Source of the DNA: Spongospora subterranea f. sp. subterranea | Taxonomy: Eukaryota | DNA: 64,000 bases | NCBI GenBank assembly: GCA_049724395.1 | Contig: JAUGWO010000070.1 | Span: forward strand, 124,001 to 188,000 | Reading direction: 5' to 3' | Shown here: positions 43,301 through 56,509 of the stretch, in pieces | How positions within the stretch are numbered: position 1 is the first letter of the stretch | Layout: each line of letters begins with the position of its first letter | Program-made: the position numbers and the translations under genes | The notes under the pieces: model-generated | What the model was told of the DNA's origin: nothing | The model's input: only the letters and a program-made list of their open reading frames with translations | The model's database searches: none

Positions 43301-45183
43301 TCCCAAAACACTCTTTCGCGAACGTAAGTCTTTCCATGCCGCTGTAGGGACAAGCATGAGATTGCCAGACCGCAGATAAAGATCGGTCTGATGCTCAAGC
43401 TGCTTGCATGTCGCATCCAACCGATGCAGCGAATCGAAGAATTCAGCACTAGACTTGATAGAAGCATTAGACAATTGACTACAATTGGATATTTCTTGTT
43501 CAAGAGAACGGATGACCTGATCCTTTTCAGCTAAGACTTCCTTGATCGAGATTTCAGTATGTATGTCAGCGGAACGTTCCTTTGTGAAATTCTTCGCCGC
43601 ATTCTCCTTAACAGCAGCGTCGTGGGCCTAGTGCTGGGTAAATTTGACAGGACAGACTAACATCAAGCGCACCAACATACATTGTCAACATGGGGCTGTG
43701 AGTCATCGATGCCGAAAGAGGATGGTGTTTGATGTGAGGAAGTATTAGAAACGGGAACTCGAGGATGATCAAACCCATCAGTCTCCATTGATGAACATTT
43801 TTCCTCGAGACGCATAACTTGTTTTTTATATGCGTCTACTTGATCAGTTAATTTGCTTATCATGCTCTCTTTTGCAGAATTGACGCCACTCAAAACATCA
43901 AGGTCCGCAGACATTGAACGAAGAGTATCGATATTATCGGTGATCAGATTCCTCTGACTTCCTATAAGAGCTGAACAGCAGTCACATCCGACTTTTGTCG
44001 AAATCCCTGCAACTTCAGCTTCCAGCGAGGCAATGATAGAAGCGTTGGAGCATTGATTTTCGTTCAACAGCGCAATCTCGTCCAGAAGTGTTTGCACTAG
44101 AGCACCAAACTGATCAGCGTTTGATAAAAGCGATTCTATGCGACGATGAAACAACTCGGTATATGGTGCTTGCTCCGTGTTCTGACCTGTGGAGCATTCC
44201 CTAATTAAAAAAAAGGAACAACAGTCTCCCTTGAGAATCAAAACGATTACATACCAGAGCAAACGGCGCACTCCATGTTTTCCAGAACCTGAATTTTTTC
44301 AGCAAAAACTTTGTTCTGGGCTTGAGCGTTTTCGTAATCAAAAAGAATGGCTGAACAGCGATTTTTATACGTTTGTAATTCCCTGGAACATTCTGACCCA
44401 ATATTATGGCAAATACACTCCACATTGTTATGGGATTCCGAAAATGGCTCTGTCGTAACAACAGAGGGCGTTGCCATTGTTGCCGCCAGACGCGCTGCCT
44501 CCAGCTGTTCTCGTAAATCCTGTATCTCGGCAATGTATCCCGCAGATATCTAAGGCACGTGGTGAACATTCATCAACAATGTCTTTTGCCGACGTGACAA
44601 ACCTCACTGACAGCGTTGAACGTGTCTCGATCAGCTTTGGTTTCAGATACTTTGGTTTTCAAAAACTCAATTTCGCTATGGAGCTTTTCAATCTCAGATT
44701 GATGACTAGCATTTTGCTCCTCAAATTTTGCGAGCAGATCCGTTCGCGCCTGAAAGCGAAACTATATAAGATAGAGATTGTGGCGGTGCATCATCCAAAT
44801 AGGCTACTTGTCTGAGCTGTCTTGACATGGTTTCAATTTCAACTTGCCGTCCTGCCAGACGGTGAATTTCCGAATCTTTCTTTGATTCCTAGCATCAGAA
44901 TACAAGTTGATTAAGACAGCATTGATTATCGGAAAATCAATCTACCGAGAGTGAATAACTTTCGGTCAGTTGAGCGACTCCTGACTTCACACTCCTCTTT
45001 GAGTTTAGCGCATTCTGCATCATGACGCTTAGTTAAAGCGGCATAAAGCCGTTTCTTCTCAGATTTTTCTTTCGCTGCCATCTCGGAAATTTTCTGTCGA
45101 AGCCTAACCAACTCGCCATTGCCGCTATGGTTTTCCGGCATGGATTGTTCGGGTTCGTCCCCAACAGGACGGTCGAGATCCAT
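40400..45183 (-). CDS. GRIP-domain golgin (long coiled coil), many exons
   Basis: Long heptad-rich exons. The spliced C-terminus YLKHIIVKYMETDEKS..LLPVISNILAFDSEEEERI...W* is a GRIP domain. Confidence 0.8.
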
Positions 45184-45674
45184 CCTGAAGCTGAAACCTA
45201 ATGCCACCAGGCTCTGATACTGCAAACAGTCAACAGGTGAGTGGTTGCGCAGATATGTGACCCCTTGAGGATCGGCGGAGCGCGTCGCCCGATTTTAACG
45301 ATAATTGATTATTCAGATTGCAAATCGTCAAATGGAACACAGTTCATCATTACTATCGTGCAAAATATCGCGCTGACGCAATGTGTGTAAGAAAATACGT
45401 AGCGCGTCAGCTGTATTTATGTTTTTTCAAAAATATTTGCAAATGTACAAGGAAATTCGGCGTGAACTTGTTTTGGAGAAAAAGACTGGGCGAGACTGGC
45501 AATACCAAAATATTTCATGATCGATATCGCCGCAAGGAATGTTTCTTAAAACCAACTAATCAAAAATGTAGCAAGGATTTATATGCGCATCGTCAGCCAA
45601 TCACGACAGTTCATCTCTTGGAAAACATTGGCGGATAAAACCGCGTCGATGATGACTACAGTCTACAGGTTGAT

Positions 45675-47201
45675 ATGGAAAGTGCGGATTTTAGCGGGAC
45701 TGTCCGCAGACGTGGCGTCCATAATCTCATGGACTTGTTAGCGGCTAGAGCTCCTATATTGCTTCGCTCCCATGGCGGAGATGGGACAGCCGAAATTGAA
45801 GCTTTGATTGGCGATAAACTTCTCGATGTGCTGTTATATTGGCGCCTTATGTGTCGGTTCAAAGTGAAAAGCGAGGGCCAATTGACAATGCTTCGTGGAG
45901 TGTATGTTAGCAACCAAACCCTTGCCGATATCGGTTTACCGTTTGTCGTCCCTGAATATATGGATCTTAACTCTTGGGAATGTGCATCTGTGCATGAAAA
46001 AGTATTTATTTCAAAAAATATGTATTATTTTTACAACTGAAATCATTTTCAGGGAACTGCTGTTGAGGCAATTGTCGGGCGTGCATTTCTAAGCACCAAT
46101 GATAAGGCGCAAGATCAGAATACTATACTTCTCTCGAAATCATTGACAACAATTGGATATGAGATTTTAGACGCCATCGAAGGAAGAGTCATGAGTAATA
46201 CTCACATGACTGCTAAAGACATGATTGCTTCTGCTGGTAATGCAACCCCTTCAGCGGTCACTGATACGATAGGCCATAAGAACCCTGCACAAGCTCTATT
46301 TGAATGGTTGCAACTCAAACTTAAGATAACGTATCCTGCTAAGACGATTACAACTTTTCAAACAACTGGGATAGAATGCGGAGTTATCGGCGAACAGAAA
46401 TATGTGGCTGAGTTTAAACTTCCAGACGATATTGACAATGCTAAAATTGGGTTTCGAACTGATATTGTCATCCGGGGCGAAGCTTTCAACAGCAAAAAGC
46501 AAGCTCGTGACTTTGTCGCCCGTCAAGCGTTGCGCCATTTCGAAGTCGATTCTACTCTTTCATTTACGCGACATTCCAAGGAGGAAGTAGACCCCAATTC
46601 CCTCGCTCTTTCTAGGATTGGCAGCTCTAATATTGTGTCAACCTTATCCGAATTCAAAAACCCCCCTTCTCTGAAGTCGCCGACTGCCAGACTGTATGAA
46701 TGGTTACAGTTGACCAGAAAGGTGCCGTATCCTGCAAAGACCATTGAAGTCCTCAATGTTGCTTCTGCAGACGATATTACTCGCGATTCAACTTTTCAAG
46801 CCGTTTTCACGATGCCCAACAGTAATCCACCCAAGGTCATTAAGGGGGGGAAATTTGCCAACAAAAAGGTGGCAAAAGATGATGTTGCAAGCCGAGTTCT
46901 TATTTATTTCAATGTCAAAGAACCCAAGGCTCAATCCTCAGGCAATTTGAAAAAAAGGCAAAGACGGTCTTCTGAAATGAACCCAGAAGATATTCGTTCA
47001 GCAAATCAATCTCTTTGCAAGGCATTTTCAAACTTCGCTGCCGATCAACAATTCACACCTCGAGCACTTGCATATGGGAGTTCGAGGATAGAAATGCTTG
47101 AGGATGGGGAGGAACTGGAACCGGTTCATTCCCATAAGCGTGTTTCAGTCGATTTGTATTCGGACCTCGACGATAGCAAAAGTGGTGATTCAGCAACGTA
47201 A
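45675..47201 (+). CDS. Ribonuclease III domain protein with two tandem dsRBDs (491 aa as assembled)
   Basis: With intron 46002-46052 removed: EALIGDKLLDVLL..RF..SEGQLTMLRGVYVSNQTLA...HEKGTAVEAIVGRAFL. Then duplicated dsRBDs KNPAQALFEWLQ..SKKQARDFVARQAL and KSPTARLYEWLQ..NKKVAKDDVASRVL. Confidence 0.85.
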
Positions 47202-48181
47202 TGAAGATGATGGCATGCATTTGGCAGATCCGGTTCCGGATTCTTTTAAAATCAACGAAGTTATGGAAATTTGTAAGGAAGAGATGCCCATCAAACCTAA
47301 CGCTTCTGACGTAGCTATGGAAGTTGAACCACCTACAAAGTCTGGTACACATATGCAATGCACCGGAGATGTTCCTGATAGTACTCAGTATGTTTGCGAA
47401 CCGGGCGAGATTCCTCCTGTATTGCTTGACGAGATTTACTCTGGTTTATCTGACGCCGAACGGAAACCCGAATTTTCAAACATCGAGAATGTTCACGAAT
47501 CTAACATTTCCGAGAATGATGGTGCCTCCAAGATTCAGAAGGTGCAGGCGGACCCATTGAGTACGGATGATTCCATCGAACTCGTTGATAAATTTCTAAA
47601 TCGGTATCAACGTGGCGCATCGCTCGGGTCTGTTGATATCCAAGGGCTTGTCACACCAGAGTTTGTTCGATCAATGCCGCTTCCGCTTCCAATCCCCGGG
47701 TTGCTACATTTTGAGCCACACACTCCCTGGGATAGTGCTCAATTACGTCCTTGGTTTGAGACCCTTTGGTCCAAAAAACCTATCAACGCTCTTTGCATGC
47801 TGAAAGCTCGCATTGATGCCGAGTACATGTTCAAATTTTGGCGGTGCCGAATGAGCGCTGGTCGTGCTCCTCGCACGTCTAGCCCTGACATTCTGATGCT
47901 TATCGCTTTTTGGGATCGTGGCTTTGGTCCGGTGTATTCAATGGGTGTAGGATCTAATTCAGGTTATGCTTGTAAAGCAGCGTACGTGGTTTTTGCCTAT
48001 TATCTTCCCGTGTTGAGTAAATTTGTTGTTTAGTTTGGTTCGTCTTTGGCCAAGTGTTAAACCACATCTTGATCTGCTCATTGAGAAAGCTGAAGTCAAA
48101 ATCGCCGAAGCTGCTGAAGCGGCGTTAAGAGCGGCGAACGCTGCGAAAAGTGCAGGTAAAGATTCCAAAAATCACTATTGA
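47200..48181 (+). CDS. Probable continuation of the RNase III gene (acidic linker plus divergent third dsRBD), or a separate gene
   Basis: The frame switches at about 47197 with no frame-restoring intron. KKPINALCML...MGVGSNSGYACKAALVRLWP (intron about 47982-48033) is dsRBD-like. Confidence 0.6.
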
Positions 48182-48578
48182 CGTCAACTAAGAGTAAATG
48201 ATATATTCTTCAATATCTATGCCCATATTCAAATAAAATCCCAGTACACTGTCTTACTTTCGTCAAGTCAGTGTGACATTTCTAGAAATGAATCCCTTGG
48301 AGCGGTAGGTGTATCGGTGTGGACAGCTGTCCCTGGTCAACATGACTCTTGTTGCCCAAGCATGTTTCTTACTATATGCCCACAATTGGTCTAGTTTTGG
48401 GTGGAAATTGTCAATGAGCGGCCTTTCTTTTTGGTAATGCGACGGCTGCTGCGAGTGCAAGCTGTACTCAAGCAGTTTGTCACGGTTGCGAGCATGCCGG
48501 TCACATAAACCATCTACGCTGCGTGCGTAGCGGAATTCTAGGTCTGGTCTGACCTTGCTGATACCCGATTCGTTACGC

Positions 48579-51500
48579 ATGTCGATATATCTAGAGAAGC
48601 GATTAGAGTTCATAGGCGATCCATCACCTAACAATGAACATATCAAGTGGAGTCATAGCTCAGACGCTCCGCTATTAGCTGTTGTGCGAAACAACGGGGA
48701 GATAGTAGTCATAGACGAGGAGGTCTGGGCTAAACGTTTGTCATGATGAACATGGATAGCGGTCAACTTTTCTCAGGGATTGATTGCTAGTAATCAGCCC
48801 ACTGGTTCAGATCGAGATCATGAAGCCACTGCGATAGCGTGGCATCCGAAACAGCAAACCTTAGCGATCGGATGGAACTCCGGTTGGTATCGCATTCGGG
48901 CTCAGGACAGCAAGTTCTTGAGTTGCTTGATTACCAGGAAATGTGAGCTTCTGGGACGACACAAGAACGACTCAACCAAATTCTGTTCACGCCACCGCAG
49001 TTTCTCTCATTGTGTGGTCAAACAAAGGTGACCGATTGTTAACTGCAAACGAGGTAACCACAGTATATATCTGTATTGGCTGATGGCAAATTTATTGAGC
49101 ACTAGTCTGGAGTCGTGTTTATACACGCTTATCAAGAAGGACAACTTATCCAACTGCAATCTTACAATGCAGAAGCATGCGCGAGCCATGCCCAGTTCGC
49201 TAATTCTAGGGAAACTTCGTCTGCATTCCTGCTCGGGACGACATCAGGCTGTATTTACAATGGTGACGATTCCGGCACATTCTCCAAGTTGGGAAATATC
49301 GGCAGCGCTATCAATTCCATATTTTTTGGAGATAGTCAACAGATCATGGTCATAATTTCCGTGCAATCAGTCATGTTCCTATATCAGGTAAACCAGCAGT
49401 TCATCGCAGTGTCTCTCTGAGGTCACCATGTAGATATCCAATGAGACAAAAATATCCCTAAAAAAAAAGGTTAAGCTTTCCATAAAAGGAGATGGTACGA
49501 ATCTTCGTTTCGCCTGGGATAGCCAATGTTTTCTTCTAGCTGCTAACAAAGAACCTTGCGTTCGCTTGTGGTCAGTACAAAGTGACGAAAGTATCGTATT
49601 ACCGCTTTCTGGTAATTGGGAAAGAAACGCGCAACAATCAGACTAAAGAACAATATGGTGCTATAGATAGTAGGCATATGGCGAAAGGGAACGATTTTAT
49701 AGTGTCAATTACTTATAATCCAAGAAGCATGACACTTGTTGGAGGCACTGCTATGGGGCGCGTCGTCATGTGGCGTTGTATGCCAAAACGTAATACTGAC
49801 GAAGTGCAGCATAGAAATGAATGGATTGTGAGGATCACGAATACGCATTGCTGAGTTCATTAACAGATTTCAGGTCCTGCCTCCGGTCAACACTTGTTCT
49901 GATTCTGAAATAAGAACCATAACTGCTTCCAATATTCGCTCTATTGCAGTCGTGGCGAAATCAGGGTTGAGTATCCTCTCAGAAACAACCCTGCATTATT
50001 GCAGAATGTTCGGCACAGTTGCCGCTCAAATTTCTGCTGATAAATTGATTCTTTATTTGGCCAATGGTAAAGCAAAAAAGTTGAGCGCAAATATAAAAAT
50101 TCAAGGTATCTCAGTTAATTTATGAAAATGGAGAGTTTGTAACGCCTCATAAACAGGAATATGCCTCGGCGAAAACGTCATCGCTGTATGGAATGGTCAA
50201 AAAGTTGAAGTCAACGATATTGCCGATACAGTGAACTTCATAGCTAGTTTCAACTCCCAGGCGTGCTGTTGTGCCATTCAAGGCCAGACGTTGTACCTAG
50301 CGACCGGGCCCAGAGTTGATGCCTGCAATTTTCAAGGTGTAGTTAAGAAGGCATTTTCCTTCTCTGAGAGTGAAGGTATCAGTGGTATAGATCTTTCATG
50401 ACAATAATAACGAATGTTAGGGCAATGCATATACGTTGATACTGCTGGGGATTTCCTCGTTGCGGTGTCGAATCTAGGAACAATAAAACTTTGGGAAATA
50501 GGCCGAAGAGAAGCGCGGTCAATGGTTCCTGGGCGAAAATTACCGAGTGGTCTGGGAAAAGTTATACTGTGTCGACCCAACAAATTTGGATCGCATTTAG
50601 CGATATTGACTCGTACTGGCGACCAATGCACTGATGGTATCGATAGTCGTCTTACTATCTACGATGTTGAGCTGGACAGAGTATTTCAGAAGCGTCTTTC
50701 ATTTTTAACAAATTTGATATTCTTACCCGTCTATAGTTCGACTACTACGATTTTTCTTCGCGCAAGGTGGTGCCCTATTTTATTTGCTGGGATGAATTTG
50801 AGGGCTCCCTGATTATGGTTTCGGTCCGTCCCGAAACGGAACAACGGTTTGATGTAGATTTACCCGACGGCGAAGCAGTCAAAGTGAGTGCAATATGAAA
50901 ATATCACTAGATTCCTTACATCATTGCATAGGGAAAACCTGATTGTTCCTCGTCCATCGTTTATGCTTTATTCGTAACGTCGGAACATGGAATACATTTT
51001 CAGGACAAATTTGATATCGGAGAAGATATCTTGATTGGGTCTGAGACCCCGTTTACTTACTATATACAGGGAGGACAGACAGGAAGGTAGGTCGAAATTT
51101 GCCAGAAACTTCATCTGACCTCATTCACTCGCAGTCTTGGATCCGGTGGAATGCCTCATGTCGATAAACGTGTTATGAGAGACTTCGTTGGCCTCGACTC
51201 TGTTGATGAAGCCACCAGAAGGGAACTGGCCAAATTTAGCTACAAGATGGCTATTGGTGATATGGATGAGGCAATATAAACAGGAATGTTCATCAGCGAG
51301 TTCATTGACCTTACTCATTAGGCATATCGAGCGGTGAAGAACATCGAAAGCCCTTCTATCTGGAAAAACATGGCAAAGATGTGTGTTATCACAAGACGGC
51401 TAGACATGGCTAGCATTTGCTTGGGCAACATGGGTTTCGCCACGGGTTCTAAAGCGCTTAGAGAGGCTAAGCAATATCCGGAAAAAGAGGTTCATTGATT

Positions 51501-53890
51501 GCTTTGGTAATGCTTGGATCTTGATTGTAAACATAGGCACAACTTGCTTGTATGGCTATTGAACTGGGAATGATTGTGATGAGGTCAGCTTCGATGACTC
51601 TGCTTAGGCATTCAATGACATCGGCACTTCGTTCAGGCTGTCAGCCTTTATAAAGACTGCGGCCGATATGATCTTCTAATCTCGTTACAAAAAGCGTCGG
51701 GACGTTGGGAGGATGCCATGAAGGCTTGCGAAACGCATCATCGCATTCAACTGAAGTCCTTACGGTACATTGCGACAAATTCGGGAAGTTGGCATCAAAT
51801 TTCGTTTCTAGATTCGCACATGCGCGATTCTTAGAGGATCGTGGTCAAATTTCCCAAGCAATTACCGAATACGAAGCTTGCGACGCTTATACTGAGGTAT
51901 CAACATCGGAACTATCTTGCAGATCTTTTACATTTATTGTTAGATACCGCGAATGTTCCTAGCTCTTGGGCGAATTCATGACCTTGAAGCGTATTGCGAA
52001 AAGAAAGGAGACAGTAATATACAGATTTGGCTTGGCCAGTATAATGAAGGTCGTGCTTTGTATGAGAACGCTCTGCAATATTACCTTGCTGCCAAAGAAC
52101 ATACATCATGCGTTCGCATTTATTGTCTACAGGTAGGTTGATACCTTCTTTGGATGTCGATTTCATGATTTGCAGCTGTTTATTTAGTCGGAGGTCGATA
52201 AGGCTCGAGCGATTTGTAAGGAGACTGGCGATCTGGCTGCCAGTTATCAACTTGGTCGATATTTGGAAGCGACCGGCTGTTTTGACGAAGCTGTATGTTT
52301 ATATGCTAAGGCGCATCGATTTAACCGGGCCCTGCATCTGGCGAAAGAGCACTCGCAGGCGAAGGTAATGCTTTTTTCACAAAAACGTGGGCCCTTGAGC
52401 ATGATTTTTCCCTTGACTTCAGGAGGTGTACATGTTCGGATTACAAAGCCCCCCTGCTGTCCAGAATGATGCAGCACGTTTCCTGGAATCGCAGCAGCTT
52501 TATGACAAAGCCATAGTGCTATATCAGAAGGCTGGTAATTTATCTAGAGCATTAGATCTCTGTTTTTCGGTAGGCGCTGTGTGTCGTCAATCTTTCATTT
52601 ATGAATTCGGATTTCTATATTTTAGGCAAACCAGTTTGATTGTCTGGCATCACTGGCAGCGGGCATGGGAACTGAGACCCTCGCCTGCCTTGATAACGAA
52701 GTGTGCCTCCTTTTTTTTGGAAAACAACCAGTTTGACAAAGCTGTGCAGCTGTACGTCACGGGCCGACGGTTCTCTCAGGTGGGATTGCATTGCGCATCG
52801 AGAATGCATCTTTAGCAAGTTCAATTTTGATTGTACCAGGCATTGGATGTATGTGTTCAGAATCGATTACCAATATCGGATGAGTTAGCGGAAATGATGA
52901 CTCCAACGAAAGAGGAGAATGGGGAAAACAATGCCTCGGCCAGGAATGATTTTCTAAAAAAATTAGGAAAGTATTTGGCATCAATCGGGTCTTACCATAT
53001 GGCAACCAAGAAATTTACGCAGGTATATATATCGTGCGTTTCCTTTATATGAAATGGTTCGTTGAGATTGTTATTAGGCCGGAGATAAGATACGGGCCAT
53101 GAAATGTCTGTTAAAATCTAACGATACTTCGAAAATAATATACTATGCCACTATGACCAAGAAGAAAGAAATATACGTCTTGGCAGGAAACTACCTGCAG
53201 AATTGTGATTGGCATTCTGACCCAGAGCTGACAAAAACAATCATCACGTTTTACACCAAAGCGGGGGCGTTTGATCAGCTGGCGCTTTTTTATGAATCAT
53301 GCGCTCAACGAGAGGTCGATGATTATCGGGATTACGACAAGGTTTGCGAACAGATATATATCAAAATTGTATCCCCGACTGATTGTATATCAAACGGATA
53401 TTAGGCATTACAGGCAATGAAGGAGTCTCTTAACGTTTTACAATTGCATTGTAATCAACCAGGTGCAGTAAAGCAGATGGAAAGACGGATATTCCTCGTC
53501 GGACAGTTTGTGGAAGCTCGATCCCTGATGTCAAGGCGAGTTGCCTCTGAAGCTCTGAATCTTTGCGTGTTTTTAACGGAACAAGAAGACATTGAGGTAC
53601 ATCACTATAGGATGGCAACAATTGTATTGATGGTTTTGCCACAGGATGCTGTTAGAGAGGGAGATGTTTTCGCGTTAATGATCGAATATTTGCATTCAAA
53701 AGGGGACCTGAATGAAGCTCTAGTTGTACTTCAGAGAATGAAAGAATATAACTTAGATCCTGTTCCATTTATCAAAGCGAGTATACTGAAAGATCTTGAT
53801 GCCAACAGCGGTTTGGATGCACATAAGGATTCTAAACAGCATTCTGGTCCAGATGCCGACAATGACATAGAAGACGATATTAAACTATAG
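48579..53890 (+). CDS. IFT140: Intraflagellar transport protein 140 (IFT-A), many exons
   Basis: WHP..LAIGWNSG WD40 start, [81 protein letters not shown]. Confidence 0.96.
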
Positions 53891-54126
53891 AACTTCATTT
53901 TGCCTAAAAATTGTCCCTTGGTTTATGTGAGGGTTTGCTTCATCGCAGTTAACATGGTATGTTGTGGATGGCAGAATTCGGAGAAAGCGGAAGAAGGCGT
54001 CACAATTGCGAAAGTATATGGCTAAGGCAATCTGATTACCTATTCGGTCGCGTACATATATTATTTGAGAGTTCATTTCAATAAGGTCACGTTTAAATCT
54101 GTCTAAACCGCCTCAAATTACGAATC

Positions 54127-54753
54127 ATGGCGTCGCCAAAACTAACGATCTTCGCATATGTGGCACTGTCGTTGTTGCTGCCGACAATTGCCAGAGCGGA
54201 GACGGTTGAAACCGCAGCAATTGGGGAAACCAAAGCAAACGATGGCCCAAAATTCGAAAGTCTGGAGTACGCATCGCCAGGGGTTGTCGAGGGAGGCCTA
54301 GTTGCCCCATATGCTGCTGATGGTCTGGTCGGAGGTGGCTATTTCGGGTATGGGGGATATGGGCCAGGTTTTGGCTATGGACCAGGTTTCGGATATGGGC
54401 GAGGAGGTGGCGTCGCCTACGGAAGAGGGATAGGATTCGGGCGAGAAGGTGGCGTCGCCTACGGAAGAGGGATAGGACTCGGGCGAGGATTCGGTCTGGG
54501 TGGAATAGGCTATGGAGGAGGACTTATCTACGGAAGAGGACTAGGATATGGAGGAGGGATCGGATTCGGCAGAGAAGTGGACGTCTATGGACGAGGTGCT
54601 GCATTTGGAGGAGTAGGCGTTGCAGGAGGCGTAGGCGTTGCAGGAGGAGTTGGCGTTGCACGAGGGTTCGGAGGTGGATTAGGGTTCGCCCAACGATTTC
54701 AAGGAGGAGGGTTCGGGGTTGGCCGAGGATATGGGATTGGCCGAGGATTTTGA
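54127..54753 (+). CDS. Secreted glycine/tyrosine-rich repetitive protein (putative wall structural protein)
   Basis: Signal peptide MASPKLTIFAYVALSLLLPTIARA, then GYGPGF, GVAYGRGIG (42-nt DNA repeat) and GVGVAG repeats. Single exon. Confidence 0.88.
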   Translation: MASPKLTIFAYVALSLLLPTIARAETVETAAIGETKANDGPKFESLEYASPGVVEGGLVAPYAADGLVGGGYFGYGGYGPGFGYGPGFGYGRGGGVAYGRGIGFGREGGVAYGRGIGLGRGFGLGGIGYGGGLIYGRGLGYGGGIGFGREVDVYGRGAAFGGVGVAGGVGVAGGVGVARGFGGGLGFAQRFQGGGFGVGRGYGIGRGF

Positions 54754-54904
54754 TACGTTTTAGTCAACCGCTAGACAGAGGCAGTTATCATCAGTCAAAT
54801 AAATATACTCTTGACGGAAGCGATTTGGGCTGATAGGTTTGATGGGTCATCCAGAATTTTTCATTTCAAATCAGGAGGAAGACAGACCGTTTATATATCA
54901 ACGT

Positions 54905-56509
54905 ATGTTATTTGTGTTTGCGTCGATTTTATCGTTGGCGTCATGTACTTTACCCAGGCAAGGCACAACCACAGGTTTGGGTATTGCAGCCAGACCTTCT
55001 GCACCAGTGCGAGCCGTTTCTAACCCGTCTGAGATGTCTATTCCTCGCCAAAGTCCAATAGGAACTGCCGTGTTGGCAACAGCAGAGATGCATTTCGAAA
55101 AATTTGAATTGCCATCTCACTCTGATTGGTCTGACGATGTGCCCCTGCCCCAATTTCAAGTACGCACCGCGACCGACTTCATGAAAGATTGTAAGTTCCA
55201 GGATGAGGAGGGTTCTAATTCTGCAATCTTCACGAATATTGATAATTCGAAAGACGTTGTTGCAAAGGATAATGATAATGGCCAAGAATTGACTTTCCAG
55301 CAAGATCCTTCAAGTGTGTCGGCTCACGTTGTTCACCAATTAGGTGGCAATATGAATGGGCAAGAATTTGCTTCGAAAGCGAATGAATTCTCTGTGGGAC
55401 AAAACGAAAAAATGAAGCACAAAGTTGTTGACGCTTATCGGTCAACGATGTTTTGGAATTAACGCTGATTACAACAAGTTCCAGTGACATGAACAAGAAG
55501 AAAAGCAGTGATAAATTGGCTGATGGTATTGGGAATACAGCTTTCTCCACCATCTTCGATGGTAATATGAACGGGAGAAATCCCGGATGTGATCGAGATT
55601 TGGGGGAAGGACCCTCAAACATTCCAACTGCTAGCGTTGAGATTTTACAAGAGACCAGTTTACAATTGGGTCAAAACCATGAGGCACAACTATCAACTAC
55701 CCCTTTTGATGGCCAACCAATTGGGCAGTGTCCCATCGATCAGTTTGTAGCAACATTCAGCACTCTCGTTGACACAGTTGCGAACCGACAAGTCCAATTG
55801 CATCAAGACGTTGAGGAAAGTCCATTGCGTATTGATGAAGATGCAAGCGAACAAAGCATCACCGATCGATTGGTCCAAGATCAACAGGGAAAAGCAGTCA
55901 TCACTTATTACGTGGATCAAGGTCTGGTGGAAGAATTGTTCATCCGGCCAGGAGATATATCGGATGAAGAAGCGGAATCACACCATGTCCTCCACTAAAG
56001 ATGAGGCACTAATTTCGGGAATTCTCGACCTGTTGCCATTTCCTACAACAAGAAACACAATCATACCAACATCGACGTGTTTACTAGATTGCGTTGACAT
56101 TACGGATTCAGAGAGTAATCACGCGAACTCAGTGGATGAAAGGGAACAATTTGCCAATCAAGTCTGGGAATCAGAAAGTGGAGCCATAACTACGCAAGAC
56201 AGTGGATTACCGGAAGGTCAATCAACTGATGACAAAGACGGGCCCGGGAATGAGATGGATCAGAGCGAACATATATCAGGCACAATACCGCATCTGAGAC
56301 AAGCAGATTCAGATCAGGACCAGACACAATCGGAGGTGGAGAACCCTAATGGTAGCGACACCAAGCAAGACGAAAAACAATTATCATACCTTGGCACTAT
56401 ACTTGTAATATCGATTGGGTTTGCTGTATTGATCACAATAGGAATAACGGTGATGATCTTCGAGAATTCGCGAAAAAAACGGAATGTATTGGCCAGCAGT
56501 ACTCTGTGA
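54905..56509 (+). CDS. Type I membrane protein of unknown function (signal peptide, acidic ectodomain, C-terminal TM)
   Basis: MLFVFASILSLASC signal, intron 55441-55484 joins ORFs 1 and 2, TM YLGTILVISIGFAVLITIGITVMIF followed by RKKR. The junction near 55990 is unresolved. Confidence 0.65.
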
